Below are positions 9,814 through 23,786 of a stretch of 64,000 bases of DNA, in pieces. Under the pieces are notes generated by a model. That model worked only from the letters and a program-made list of their open reading frames with translations. It did no database searches and was not told the DNA's origin. The stretch is from an uncultured delta proteobacterium. GTDB lineage: Bacteria; Desulfobacterota; Binatia; UBA9968. Position numbers and translations under genes: made by a program. Location of the stretch: positions 128,001 through 192,000 of the forward strand of contig CAVWLW010000024.1 of NCBI GenBank assembly GCA_963755715.1. Direction: 5' to 3'. Positions within the stretch are counted from its first letter, which is position 1. Each line of letters begins with the position of its first letter.

Positions 9814-10224
9814 GCTGCGCGCCAGAGCCGCAACCAAAAGAAAACAACACGATTCACCACGAAGGCACGAAGGTTTTGATAGTTTTAACTGCTAACTTCG
9901 TGCTCATTACTATAGTTAAAAATTTGCGCGGCCTGCGCAAATAATCTGGCATCGAAAGTACTCGGAGTCGGGAATTCCTCCCGCCAAGGCGCAAAGGCGC
10001 CAAAGGTTATGGGGAAAGGACAAAAACTCTTATAAATGATTTTCACCCTCAATCTCCGAACTTTGCGCCCTTTGCGTCTTTGCGGGAGATACTCCGAGTT
10101 TCGGTTGCGGCTCAGCCGCGCTGGGACCTTCGTGGTTAGATCGAAATCTCCTGTAGAATTGCCAGCGTACCTTTGGAGCCCTGGAAAATTTGCGCACGCC
10201 GTGAAAACTTTCAACCATAGCAAT
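9814..10224 (+). mobile_element. Outer copy of non-autonomous element (left end 9814-9835, right end 10185-10224) containing a CACCACGAAG inverted pair (9854-10136)
   Basis: gctgcgcgccagagccgcaacc matches the left end at 18/22; aaaatttgcgcacgccgtgaaaactttcaaccatagcaat resembles the right end tttgcgcaggccgcgcaaatttttaactatagtaat. Confidence 0.65.
9906..10124 (-). mobile_element. 219-bp non-autonomous element (MITE-like), inner copy
   Basis: Near-identical inverted copy at 14197-14411; contains an internal CGC(A/C)AAG-type inverted pair. Confidence 0.85.
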
Positions 10225-10242
10225 GCAAAGTGCGCAAAAGGT

Positions 10243-10267
10243 GTAGGGGCGACCGGCTGGTCGCCCT
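10243..10267 (+). repeat. GTAG-class REP palindrome
   Basis: gtaggggcgaccggctggtcgccct; second copy inverted at 59240-59263. Confidence 0.7.
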
Positions 10268-10327
10268 TCGGTTCGGATGCCGTGCGAATGTTGTAGGGAC
10301 CGTCGTGACCGCGGCTCAACAATTCAA

Positions 10328-11323
10328 TCAGCGCTTCTTGTAGAGCCCGTCGACGTAGCCGCTTTGATCCAACTCTCTGATAAAGCTCGAATCGACGAAG
10401 TCTTCCGGCTTGCCGGGCTTGCCTTTTAACTCCGTGTTCAGAATCGTCTTGATGCCTTCGAGAGAGGGATACTGTTTTTTTGGCAAGACTTGCTCGTTGA
10501 GAAGATTTTCCCAGGTTTTCTCGAGCACGTCGCGGTCGACGTTGCGGCCGATAAAACGCCCCAACGCTTTTATCGCGCCTTCTTTGTCCGTGTAAATCCG
10601 ATGCACGGCTTCCACTTGTGATTTAACGTAGCGGCGCACGATGTCGGGATGTTCGCGAATATATTTCCGCGTCGCCGCCACGGCGGTGTGTTGGTAAACC
10701 AGACCGAGCTTGGGAAGATCGGCGAGAACCGTCATGCCTCGCTTCTGGGCGATAATGCTCGCCGGCGGATTGACTACGGTCGCTTGCACGCGCCCTGCCA
10801 GTGTGGCGTCGACGCGCGCCGTGGTGCTGCCGATCTGGACGATCGTCACGTCTTTGCCCGGTGTCAAGCCGACTTTTTGCAAGGCATAGCGGGCGATGAA
10901 ATCAGACGACGAGCCGAAGCGGCTGATCGCCACCGAGCCGCCTTTGAGTTGCTCTGGGCTTTTGATTTCCGGGCGGCCGAGCAAATAATAATTGAGCGAG
11001 GTCACGCCACCGGCAATCAGCGCGGCATCGGAGCCAGCCATGACGGAGTTGATCACGGCTGCGCCGGCCAGTTGCGCGATCGGCGTGTCGGCGGAAACCA
11101 GCGCCATGACCGCGGTGGTGCCGCCGGTGAAAAAAACCAACTGAACATCGAGGCCGTTCTTTTCAAATATCCCGGTGTCCTTGGCGAGCCAGGCCGGCAG
11201 GGCGTCGCCGCTGATGGCGCTGTAGCCGACGCTGATTCGGGTCATTTGGGCGTAGCTTAAACCGGTCGAAAAGACGGCGGCTAACAAAAAACAAATCGTC
11301 AACGGCGTTTTTCCCTTGAGCAT
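10328..11323 (-). CDS. NMT1/THI5-like substrate-binding protein
   Basis: Signal peptide, GIFEKNGLDVQ, LKGGSVAISRFGSSSD, FVDSSFIRELDQSG. Confidence 0.88.
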   Translation of the reverse strand: MLKGKTPLTICFLLAAVFSTGLSYAQMTRISVGYSAISGDALPAWLAKDTGIFEKNGLDVQLVFFTGGTTAVMALVSADTPIAQLAGAAVINSVMAGSDAALIAGGVTSLNYYLLGRPEIKSPEQLKGGSVAISRFGSSSDFIARYALQKVGLTPGKDVTIVQIGSTTARVDATLAGRVQATVVNPPASIIAQKRGMTVLADLPKLGLVYQHTAVAATRKYIREHPDIVRRYVKSQVEAVHRIYTDKEGAIKALGRFIGRNVDRDVLEKTWENLLNEQVLPKKQYPSLEGIKTILNTELKGKPGKPEDFVDSSFIRELDQSGYVDGLYKKR

Positions 11324-11478
11324 CGAACGATCCTTTCCTCTGTCTGACGATAGGATTTGGTGATACGATTTCAACATCGATGGGGTGACGGAGAAGCGAT
11401 CCGGCTGTTTGCTTTATCCGGTGACCCTAGCTACAAAATAAGGCTACCTACCTATACCTGATAATAAGGAGCGGTCCA

Positions 11479-14172
<2,694 letters not shown>

Positions 14173-14182
14173 ATTACAGAAG

Positions 14183-14477
14183 TCACCACGAAGGACCCAG
14201 AGCGGCTGAGCCGCAACCGAAACTCGGAGTATCTCCCGCAAAGACGCAAAGGGCGCAAAGTTCGGAGATTGAGGGTGAAAATCATTTATAAGAGTTTTTG
14301 TCCTTTCCCCATAACCTTGGCGCCTTTCCTTGGCGGGAGGAATTCCCGACTCCGAGTACTTTCGATGCCAGATTATTTGCGCAGGCCGCGCAAATTTTTA
14401 ACTATAGTAATACGAAGAGCACGAAGGTTTAAGATATCAAACTCTTAAACTTCGTGACCTTCGTGCCTTCGTGGTGA
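14183..14477. repeat. CACCACGAAG inverted-repeat pair interrupted by the 215-bp element
   Basis: tcaccacgaaggac|insert|acgaagagcacgaag...cttcgtgaccttcgtgccttcgtggtga. Confidence 0.8.
14197..14411 (+). mobile_element. 215-bp non-autonomous element, second copy
   Basis: By manual alignment differs from the reverse complement of 9906-10124 by one substitution and 4 deleted bases. Confidence 0.85.
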
Positions 14478-14505
14478 AAAAATCTTTCGCAATCGCACAA
14501 ATTTC

Positions 14506-15423
14506 GTGATTACACGACGCGAAGCGCTGGCGGCATTGGGTAAAACCTCGCTGGCGCTTTTTTTTGTCGATTCAATTTTTCGCGGCGCCGGGACGGCCGC
14601 TGAAGGGACTGCTATGGCGACACCGGATTTCATCGGAAAGTTCACGGCTAACAACCCAGGCATCATGACTTTGCAGGGAACCAACCAGTATATCGTCGGC
14701 AAAGAGACCGGCCTGGTTATCGACGTCGCGCTGAGCGAAGATTCGAACATGGACGGCATCATCGAACAGGCCGAGGCGATGGGCGTCAAAAAGATCGACC
14801 AGATATTGCTCACCCACATTCACAGCGACCATTGCAGCGGCGCGCTGGCGCTGCGCAAACGGTGCGGCGCCAAGCTCGGCATTCATCGCTCGCGTAAGGG
14901 CTATCTCGGCGGTGAAGACTTTCAGTACGACGACAATGACCGGATTTCTTTTGGCGACGGCGAGCTCCACGTGCTGCACACGCCGGGCCATGAGTCCGGT
15001 CACTGCTGTTTCTACGAAGGCGGCGATAAGGTGCTGTTCAGCGGCGACAATATCCTCGGCTACGGCACTGCGGTGATTCATCCGCCCGACGGCAACATGA
15101 CCGATTATATGAAAACGCTCGAGCGGCTGCTCGGATTCGACATCAGCCTGATCCTGCCGGGCCACGGCCCGCTCATCGGCAAACCCGAAGCGAAGATTCG
15201 CGAGTACATCAAACACCGCATCGAGCGCGAGCAGCAGGTGTTGGCCGCGCTGCGCAGCGGGAAAAACACGACCGGCGATATCACGCAAATGATTTATGTC
15301 GACGTATCGGCCGCGCTCCAACGGGTGGCCGAGTTCTCCGTGCTGGCGCATCTGGAAAAACTGGTGCGCGAAGGCCGGGTCAAGAAAGAAGGCAGCCGTT
15401 ACCTGCTCATCAGCGAAAATTGA
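14506..15423 (+). CDS. MBL-fold hydrolase, LACTB2-like
   Basis: NPGIMTLQGTN, THIHSDH, TPGHESGH, FSGD, PGHG, AHLEKL C-terminal domain. Confidence 0.88.
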   Translation: MITRREALAALGKTSLALFFVDSIFRGAGTAAEGTAMATPDFIGKFTANNPGIMTLQGTNQYIVGKETGLVIDVALSEDSNMDGIIEQAEAMGVKKIDQILLTHIHSDHCSGALALRKRCGAKLGIHRSRKGYLGGEDFQYDDNDRISFGDGELHVLHTPGHESGHCCFYEGGDKVLFSGDNILGYGTAVIHPPDGNMTDYMKTLERLLGFDISLILPGHGPLIGKPEAKIREYIKHRIEREQQVLAALRSGKNTTGDITQMIYVDVSAALQRVAEFSVLAHLEKLVREGRVKKEGSRYLLISEN

Positions 15424-16792
15424 CCGGCCGCCATGCCGATTCGAAGCGAACGGCCGCCGGTTCCGCTTCGATCTCTAAATCCCTCCAAGCCTCTTCGGCA
15501 AGCTCGGTGGCGCGGTTTGCCGTTGCGCTCTGTACAACCAGTACGACGGGCCCGCGCGCCTGCAGCAACCAGGCGCGCCCGTCTCGCGCCATGCCGATAA
15601 GCGCGAGGTCTTTGGCTTGCGCCACCCGATCGAAACGTAGTCGTTGCCGGCTCTCGATGACTTTTTGGTACGCTCGGACAAATTCTTCAGCAGCCGTTTC
15701 TCCGCCCCAGGCACTGAACCAAAAAGTATTGAGATCGGCGTCGTTCTGAAACGAGAAAAGTTGGTCACCGCGCCATTTCGCCGCCGTGTCGGCCGCATAT
15801 TTTTGCGCATGCTCGCCCTCGAGCAGGGTGCGAATCGACAATTCGCCGATGCTGTCTTCGACCAGCGAATTCGTCCTTAGCCGGCGTAGCAACGCTGCCG
15901 GAAAAAAATGCGTTAGAGGGTTGCGCTCGATAAAATATTTTTCTGGGTGAAGCACTTGCGCCGTTGTGTGCGGCGGATCGGCGTAGAGCGCGTCGACGCC
16001 TTGCCAGCCCTTGGCTGCCAACGCCCAGTAAACGAATTGTCCACCTTCGCGGTAGGGAAAGCTGGCCTGTTGGCGTAGGAAGTCCGGTAGATGCGACGCC
16101 AACTGATCGACTGCGGCGGCGATTTGCTGCAGGGCGGCTAAGTTTGCCGGCGCGAGCTTTTCTCCCGCGCCGCGGCTCACCGCCGTAAGCAACGCATCTC
16201 CCGTCGCCACCGCGCGCAGAGCCGTACGGCGATCATCGAAGGCGCTGGAGTTCATTCTTTCGCGCCAATTGAAGTGACGTTCTTGCAAGGCGCGCATGAC
16301 GCCGATGACGGCGGGCAGTTCATGAGCGGCGGAAGGGTTGCTCGTCTCCAACGGTGCGGCGAGACGCGCGGCGTTGGCCGATAGGATGACTAGGTCTTTT
16401 GGTCCGTCGTAACTGATTAGTTCGACAATTTTTAGGTATTCCGCTAAAGCAGTGCTGAAATCGACGTGATTCGGCAATAAGCCGATCGCTTTGTAGGCGT
16501 GTTCGAGTTGCGCCGGATACGGCACGTTTATGGGAGATGGAAAAACAGTTTGCCCTGTCTCCATTCCGCCAGGTTGGATTTGCAGGCGAATGGGCCGAGC
16601 GAGCGGTAATTGGCGCCACTCAGCCACGCTCCTGGTCAATTCCCTGAATGCATCGGGCGACGGGGCAGGGAACGGTTTTGGCTCCGGTGATAAGCAACCG
16701 GTTAGCGTGATGAAAAGAAACAGCAATCGGCACGGAGAGATGAGCAGACGAGGCAACGTTGCCGGAAGTTTTAACCGAATCGCTTCATCCAC
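15410..16792 (-). CDS. Hypothetical lipoprotein, degenerate zincin-like
   Basis: LTGC lipobox; RALQERHF, TGDA, FPYREG..FV, PPHTTAQVLHPEKY, WRGD. Confidence 0.6.
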   Translation of the reverse strand: MDEAIRLKLPATLPRLLISPCRLLFLFITLTGCLSPEPKPFPAPSPDAFRELTRSVAEWRQLPLARPIRLQIQPGGMETGQTVFPSPINVPYPAQLEHAYKAIGLLPNHVDFSTALAEYLKIVELISYDGPKDLVILSANAARLAAPLETSNPSAAHELPAVIGVMRALQERHFNWRERMNSSAFDDRRTALRAVATGDALLTAVSRGAGEKLAPANLAALQQIAAAVDQLASHLPDFLRQQASFPYREGGQFVYWALAAKGWQGVDALYADPPHTTAQVLHPEKYFIERNPLTHFFPAALLRRLRTNSLVEDSIGELSIRTLLEGEHAQKYAADTAAKWRGDQLFSFQNDADLNTFWFSAWGGETAAEEFVRAYQKVIESRQRLRFDRVAQAKDLALIGMARDGRAWLLQARGPVVLVVQSATANRATELAEEAWRDLEIEAEPAAVRFESAWRPVNFR

Positions 16793-17446
16793 CTATTTCT
16801 CCATGACGATGACCGAGTAACCGGCTTGGACGACCTGGCGCGCACGCGCTTCCGCGTCGGCGCGATTTGTAAAGGTGCCGAGTTGCACTCGGTAGTAGGT
16901 GGTGTCTTTCGACTGCAGTGGCGCGATGCCCACGTCGGTGAAGGAATTGGCGACACGATCGCGCAACTGTTGGGCGTTTTCCAGTTGGGAAAAAGAGCCG
17001 AGTTGCAGCGTGTAATCGAGCGAAGCACGAATCGCTTGCAGTGGCGTCGGGCTGTCGATGATGTCGACGCGAACTAGCGCCGTTCCGGGTCCAATCATAT
17101 GGATGGCCTCGGCGGCGCTGTAGGAAAGATCGATGATGCGGTTCTTGGCAAAAGGTCCGCGATCGTTGATCGTCACTTCGGTGGCGCTGCCGGTTTCCAG
17201 GTTGGTGACCATGACCCGCGTGCCGAGGGGAAGCGTTTGGTGCGCCCCAGTGAGATCGTACTGATTATAGATGGCGCCGCTCGTGGTTGCTTTGCCGTGA
17301 AAGCCGGGACCGTACCAGGAAGCGATACCGACTTGGCTAAGGCGCGCCTCGGGCGGCGGTGTTACGCGGACTTTGGCCGGCGGCACGGCGCAGCCGAACA
17401 TGACTACGAGAAAAAACAGACAGGGGATAGTCGCGTGGTAGAGCAT
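16793..17446 (-). CDS. rlpA: Septal ring lytic transglycosylase RlpA with SPOR domain
   Basis: GIASWYG, AHQTLPLGT, INDRGPF, RIIDLS; C-terminal LQLGSF...YRVQLG. Confidence 0.92.
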   Translation of the reverse strand: MLYHATIPCLFFLVVMFGCAVPPAKVRVTPPPEARLSQVGIASWYGPGFHGKATTSGAIYNQYDLTGAHQTLPLGTRVMVTNLETGSATEVTINDRGPFAKNRIIDLSYSAAEAIHMIGPGTALVRVDIIDSPTPLQAIRASLDYTLQLGSFSQLENAQQLRDRVANSFTDVGIAPLQSKDTTYYRVQLGTFTNRADAEARARQVVQAGYSVIVMEK

Positions 17447-17735
17447 TGAGCCAGCGCCGATCACGTCGGATTTTTCCAAGTCTGCATGCGTCATTGTTTT
17501 GGAATATAACCGAAAGCGTCGCGAGAAAAAAGTATTTTTCGCTCAAGAGCATTCGCGAACGAAAGGGGTGGATGCTATTGGCGATTCGACGCCGTGGCGC
17601 GCCGCCGAAGATGGGCCATCCCTTATGGTCGGCGTGCCCGATGATCCGCTTGCGCCATGTTCTGCGTTGGCGCGCGGTTTACCCGCCGTGGCGATTATGC
17701 TAGTTTAACTGCGATTTTGAAGGGAAGGTTTATTT

Positions 17736-18482
17736 ATGTCGGGTCATTCGAAGTGGAGCACGATTAAGCATAAAAAGGCCGCGAAGGACGCCAAGAAGGG
17801 CAAGATCTTCACCAAGCTTATCAAGGAAATCACGGTGGCAGCGCGCATGGGCGGTGGCGACATCAATGCCAATCCGCGGCTGCGCACGGCGGTTTTAACC
17901 GCGCGCAGCAACAGCATGCCGAGTGACAACATCGATCGCGCCATTAAGAAGGGTACAGGTGAGCTCGAAGGCGTGACCTACGAAGAAATTCAATACGAGG
18001 GCTACGGCCCCGGCGGCGCGGCGATTATCGCGCAGGTTTTGACCGACAACAAAAATCGCACCGTTTCCGAGATTCGCCGGCTCTTTGCCAAACATGGCGG
18101 TAATTTAGGCGAGACCGGCTGCGTCTCTTGGATGTTCGATAAGAAGGGCTTGATCGCCATCGAGAAAGCCCAAGTCGACGAAGACCGCTTGATGAGTATC
18201 GTGCTTGACGCCGGCGCGGAAGATGTGCGCGATGAGGACGAAATATTCGAAGTGGTGACGACCCCGGAAGATTTCGCCGCGGTCAAAGACCGTTTGGATC
18301 AGGAAAAAATCGCCGCGGCGAGCGCACAGGTGACCCTGGTGCCGAAAAACAGCGTCGATGTTGACGCCAAGCATGTCGAGCAGATCCTGAAACTCACCGA
18401 AGAACTGGAAGATCATGATGACGTTCAGAGCGTCTCTGCGAATTTCAATATTCCCACCGAGCTGATGGAGAAGGCGAGCTAA
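17736..18482 (+). CDS. yebC: YebC/PmpR family protein
   Basis: [29 protein letters not shown]. Confidence 0.97.
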   Translation: MSGHSKWSTIKHKKAAKDAKKGKIFTKLIKEITVAARMGGGDINANPRLRTAVLTARSNSMPSDNIDRAIKKGTGELEGVTYEEIQYEGYGPGGAAIIAQVLTDNKNRTVSEIRRLFAKHGGNLGETGCVSWMFDKKGLIAIEKAQVDEDRLMSIVLDAGAEDVRDEDEIFEVVTTPEDFAAVKDRLDQEKIAAASAQVTLVPKNSVDVDAKHVEQILKLTEELEDHDDVQSVSANFNIPTELMEKAS

Positions 18483-18486
18483 GCTC

Positions 18487-19077
18487 GTGGCGCCCCTGTC
18501 AAAGAGCGGCGCCGGCCGGCCCCATCGTGAAATCATTCTTGGCATCGATCCAGGATCCATCCATACGGGCTGGGGACTGATCGAGACCGCCGGTAACGCG
18601 CTCCGCCACGTTGCGCATGGCACCGTCAGCCCCGCCAATTCGATCGCTCTGGGGGCGCGTTTGAGCGAGATCTATCGCGGCCTGCAAGAGATCATGGACC
18701 GGTATCAGCCCGCCACGGTAAGCATCGAAAAGGTTTTTTTTTCGCGTAACGTGCAAAGCGCTCTCAAGCTCGGTCAGGCGCGCGGCGTGGCTTTGCTGGC
18801 GGCGGCGCAAAATCAAGTAAGCCTGGCCGAGTACTCGGCCGCGGAAATAAAGGTCGCCGTGGTTGGCTATGGCCAGGCGACCAAAGAACAGGTGCAAAAA
18901 ATGGTCAACGTGCTGCTCGGTTTACGCGGTCCGATGCGGGCCGACGCGGCTGATGCGCTGGCGGTGGCGATTTGCCACATTCATCGGCGGACATTTCAGA
19001 ACTTGGTGGTTCAGTCGTTAAACGGGCGGGCCAAAGCAGCCAGTTGGCGCAACTATCTCGACACGCCGCGCCGCTGA
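18487..19077 (+). CDS. ruvC: Holliday junction resolvase RuvC
   Basis: ILGIDPG, KLGQARG, DAADALAVAICH. Confidence 0.95.
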   Translation: MAPLSKSGAGRPHREIILGIDPGSIHTGWGLIETAGNALRHVAHGTVSPANSIALGARLSEIYRGLQEIMDRYQPATVSIEKVFFSRNVQSALKLGQARGVALLAAAQNQVSLAEYSAAEIKVAVVGYGQATKEQVQKMVNVLLGLRGPMRADAADALAVAICHIHRRTFQNLVVQSLNGRAKAASWRNYLDTPRR

Positions 19078-19122
19078 GGGTTGCGATGAAAGACGTTCGG
19101 TTGGCGCATTCGAAATCCCGAC

Positions 19123-19716
19123 GTGATCGCGCAAATTAGCGGCACTTTAGCCCAGAAGATTCCCGGCGAAGTCATCGTCGACGTCGGCGGCGTGGGCTAT
19201 CAGGTATTGATTCCGCTAAACGTTTTTTATCAGTTACCGGAAATCGGCGCACCGCTCAGCTTACAGATTCACACCCATGTGCGCGAAGACGCGTTGCAGC
19301 TTTTCGGTTTTCAAGACTTCGCCGAAAAGCAGATGTTTTTGCTGTTGATCAATGTGTCCGGTATTGGGCCGAAATTAGCCATCAATATTTTATCCGGCAT
19401 CGCGGCGACGGAATTGAAACGCGCCTTGAGAGAGGGCGATCAGAGTCGTCTAGTCGCGATTCCAGGGGTCGGCCGCAAACTGGCGGAGCGTCTGATCGTC
19501 GAGCTAAAGGATCGGATTGCTGCTCTGGCGCCAAGCGCCACTGAGAGCGCGAGGCTCGAAGGGGGCTCGCAAATTTTACTCGATGCGGTATCGGCGCTGG
19601 TCAATCTGGGATATAAAAGACCCGACGCCGAAAAAATGGTCCGCGAGGTTCTCAAGCGCGGCGAGCAATCCTTGGAAACCGTATTGAAGGAAAGCCTGCG
19701 GCATTTGAGTCCGTGA
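19123..19716 (+). CDS. ruvA: Holliday junction branch migration protein RuvA
   Basis: [26 protein letters not shown]. Confidence 0.95.
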   Translation: MIAQISGTLAQKIPGEVIVDVGGVGYQVLIPLNVFYQLPEIGAPLSLQIHTHVREDALQLFGFQDFAEKQMFLLLINVSGIGPKLAINILSGIAATELKRALREGDQSRLVAIPGVGRKLAERLIVELKDRIAALAPSATESARLEGGSQILLDAVSALVNLGYKRPDAEKMVREVLKRGEQSLETVLKESLRHLSP

Positions 19717-19750
19717 TGGGTTCGATGATCGACGATGCCATTTTACTACC

Positions 19751-20776
<1,026 letters not shown>

Positions 20777-20821
20777 TGGTCTTGAGGCCGTGGCTCGCAA
20801 ACTGATGCAAGTGGTAGGCTC

Positions 20822-21034
20822 ATGGATGGATTTGGCAAGACGCTGATCTATCTCGGATTGCTGTTGGTGATCGTCGGAGTGATCTTTACACTAGCCGGCA
20901 AGGTGCCCTGGTTCGGACATCTGCCGGGCGACATTTCCATTCAAAAAGAACGCTTTACGTTCTATTTTCCGATCACCACTTGTATCGTGATCAGCATCAT
21001 CATTTCGCTTGTCCTTTATTTTTTTCGCAGGTAG
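20822..21034 (+). CDS. DUF2905 small membrane protein
   Basis: GHLPGDI, FYFPITT motifs. Confidence 0.85.
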   Translation: MDGFGKTLIYLGLLLVIVGVIFTLAGKVPWFGHLPGDISIQKERFTFYFPITTCIVISIIISLVLYFFRR

Positions 21035-21078
21035 AATTTTTTCAATCCGCTACGCCTCGAATCAGGGACCGAATCCGA

Positions 21079-23308
21079 ATGGAAGCAGCGAATCCGACAA
21101 AATTCGTCGAAGAAAGCCTCAAAGTCGAGGAGGCCAAACGGCGGCGCCGCGAAGGAATCGTCATTCTCATCACGGCTTTGATGGTCGCCGCGCTGATTTT
21201 TTTCGAAGTTCAACTGCCCGACGTCACACCGGAATATTCATTAGGAAGCAACATCGTTTTTTTTCTGCTGATCAACGTCAATATTATTTTGCTCGGCTTG
21301 CTGGTTTTTTTAGTCGTGCGCAACCTCGTCAAGCTGGTCGTCGAGCGCAGACGCCACATGCTGGGGGCCCGTCTGCAAGCGCGGCTGGTTTTGGCTTTTG
21401 TCGGACTTTCGCTCGTTCCCAGCGTATTACTTTTCATCATTGCCGGTGGTTTGCTGCGGCGCTCAGTGGATCGCTGGTTCGATTCTAAAGTCGAGAGCGC
21501 GCTGCAAGGTTCGTTGGAAATCGGTCAGACCTATTACCAAAATTCCGCCAACAATGCGCTTTTTTATGCGCGCCAGCTTAGCGATCAGGATCACCGCGGA
21601 AGGGCTCGTCGATCCGTCGCGACTTGCCGAGCTGAAAAAGTTCGTCGAAGCCAAGCAGCGCGAATACAACCTCGGCACGGTCGAGCTTTTTTCACCCGAC
21701 GGCCAGCCGTTCGTCGTCGCCTTCAATCAGCAAGTGCCGACGGGCGTCACGATTAAACCGGAAAGCGAGTTTCTGAACCGGGCGCTGCGCGGCCTCGAGG
21801 TGACGCGCACGCAAGCTTTCGGCGAGGGCGACGTGATTCGCGGCGGCGTACCGATTTACGCGCGCGACAAGCGTATTCTCGGCGTGGTCGTCGTCGATTA
21901 TTATGTGCCGAAAAGCATTTCGAAACGGGCGATTCAAATATCCCAGTCCTATGAACAATACAAATATTTGACGTTTCTAAAAGCGCCGGTCAAAAATAGC
22001 TACCTCCTGACCATGCTTTTGATCACGCTTGTGATCATTTTCGCGGCTACTTGGTGCGGCATCTATCTATCCAAAGGAATCACGGTGCCGATTCAAAAAC
22101 TCGCCGAGGGGACGCATCAGGTCGCCCTGGGAAACTGGGATTATAAAATCGAGGCGGGCGGCGACGACGAAATCGGCGTGTTGATGAATTCTTTCAATCA
22201 AATGACCGGAGATCTGAAGCAAATCAAGCTCGAGCTCGAACGGCGCGGCAAAGTGGTGCAAACCCTCATGGCGAATATCGCGGCCGGAGTGGTATCGATC
22301 GACCCGTCCGGCAAGGTTACGACCTGGAACAAAGCCGCCGAGCAGTTGCTCGGAGTGGCGGCGGAGCGTGCCTTGGGAAAATCCTACGCCGAGGTTTTTC
22401 GCGCCGAGCCCTTGCGCGGCATTCGCGAGATCGTCGACAGCGTCAAGGGCGGCGAGAGCATCGAGCGGGAAATCAAGCTTTCCCTACAAGAGCAATTGCG
22501 CAGCGTGGTGCTGAGCGCCGCGACGCTGCACGATGACGACGGCTCGATTCTCGGCATCATGCTTTTTCTCGAGGACATCACGCAGATTCAAAGAGTTCAG
22601 AGGATGGAGGCTTGGCGCGAGGTCGCTCGCCGTATCGCCCACGAAATTAAAAATCCCTTGACGCCGATCCAGTTGTCGGCGCAGCGCTTGCGCAAGCGCT
22701 ACGCGAATATCCTGGAAGAGGACGGCGGGATCTTGGACAAGTGCACGACGACGATCATCCAGCAGGTCGACGAGCTCAAGAACTTGGTCAACGAATTTTC
22801 CCAGTTCGCGCGCCTGCCGTCGGCGCGACCGATGCCCAATGACTTAAATCAGATCGTCAACGAAGCGCTGGTGCTTTTCAAGGAAGGACATCACGGCATC
22901 CAGTTTCAATTCGGCGCTGGAGATCTGCCGCCTGTGGAGCTCGACCGCGACCAGATGAAACGGGTGCTGATGAATCTGCTCGACAACGCGGTCGCCGCGG
23001 TCGAGGGGCGGGGGGAGATCAAGCTCGCGACCAGTTACGAGCGCGCCCGCGGCATGGTAACGCTGGAAGTGGCGGACAACGGCTGCGGCCTTGCGCCTGA
23101 ACTCAGAACAAAGATTTTCGAGCCCTATTTTTCTACCAAAGAAAACGGCACGGGTTTGGGATTGACGATTGTCAGCCAGATCGTTGAAGATCATCGCGGC
23201 TATATTCGCGCCTGGCCCAACGATCCGCAGGGAACTCGCATCACCATCGAGTTGCCGGCGCACCGCGACGCAGGGGTTCAGATTTTGGCGAAAAGTGCGG
23301 TACACTAG
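21079..23308 (+). CDS. ntrY: NtrY-family sensor histidine kinase (TM-HAMP-PAS-HisKA-HATPase), frameshift near 21589
   Basis: AWREVARRIAHEIKNPLTPIQLSA H-box, NLLDNA, DNGCG, GTGLGL; one extra base at cag-g-atc joins ORFs 20980 and 21398. Confidence 0.88.
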
Positions 23309-23342
23309 GAAAAGTCGAGAGGACGGGGTGGAAGAACTGGCG

Positions 23343-23786
23343 ATGCCCAAAACAATTTTAGTGGTCGACGATGAGGACGGCGTGCGCGATTCGGTGCGCG
23401 AAGTCTTGAACGACGAAGGTTACCGGGTGGTCGACACGGCGGACGGCACCCGGGTCCTCGACATCATCAAAAGCGAACGGCCCGACCTCGTTCTGCTCGA
23501 CATCTGGATGCCGCAGATAGACGGTATCGGCTTGCTTAAAGAGATCAAGATCCAAGAGCCCGACATCAACGTCGTAATGGTTTCCGGTCACGGCAATATT
23601 CATACCGCCGTTACCGCGACCAAATTCGGCGCCTTCGATTTCATCGAGAAGCCGGTGTCCTTGGACGGGCTCTTGCTGACGGTGCAGCGCGCGCTGGGCG
23701 AACTGCCTCGCGCCACCGGGCCGGAGCAAAACGGCGGTCGAAGCCGGAAAGCGCGCTCGGCAAGGGCAACGGCTGCGCGCCGTTGA
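23343..23786 (+). CDS. NtrX-like receiver domain, probably the N-terminus of a REC-LpxC fusion
   Basis: ILVVDDE, LLDIWMP (phospho-Asp), SGHG, DFIEKP; no AAA+/HTH follows. Confidence 0.85.
   Translation: MPKTILVVDDEDGVRDSVREVLNDEGYRVVDTADGTRVLDIIKSERPDLVLLDIWMPQIDGIGLLKEIKIQEPDINVVMVSGHGNIHTAVTATKFGAFDFIEKPVSLDGLLLTVQRALGELPRATGPEQNGGRSRKARSARATAARR

Noticed and set aside
9854-10136. CRISPR array
   Set aside because: The repeats are inverted pairs of 8-9-nt units, not direct repeats with regular unique spacers; no cas genes
9885-10322. 145-aa and overlapping ORFs as real genes or a transposase
   Set aside because: They are translations of nested repeats with no protein motifs
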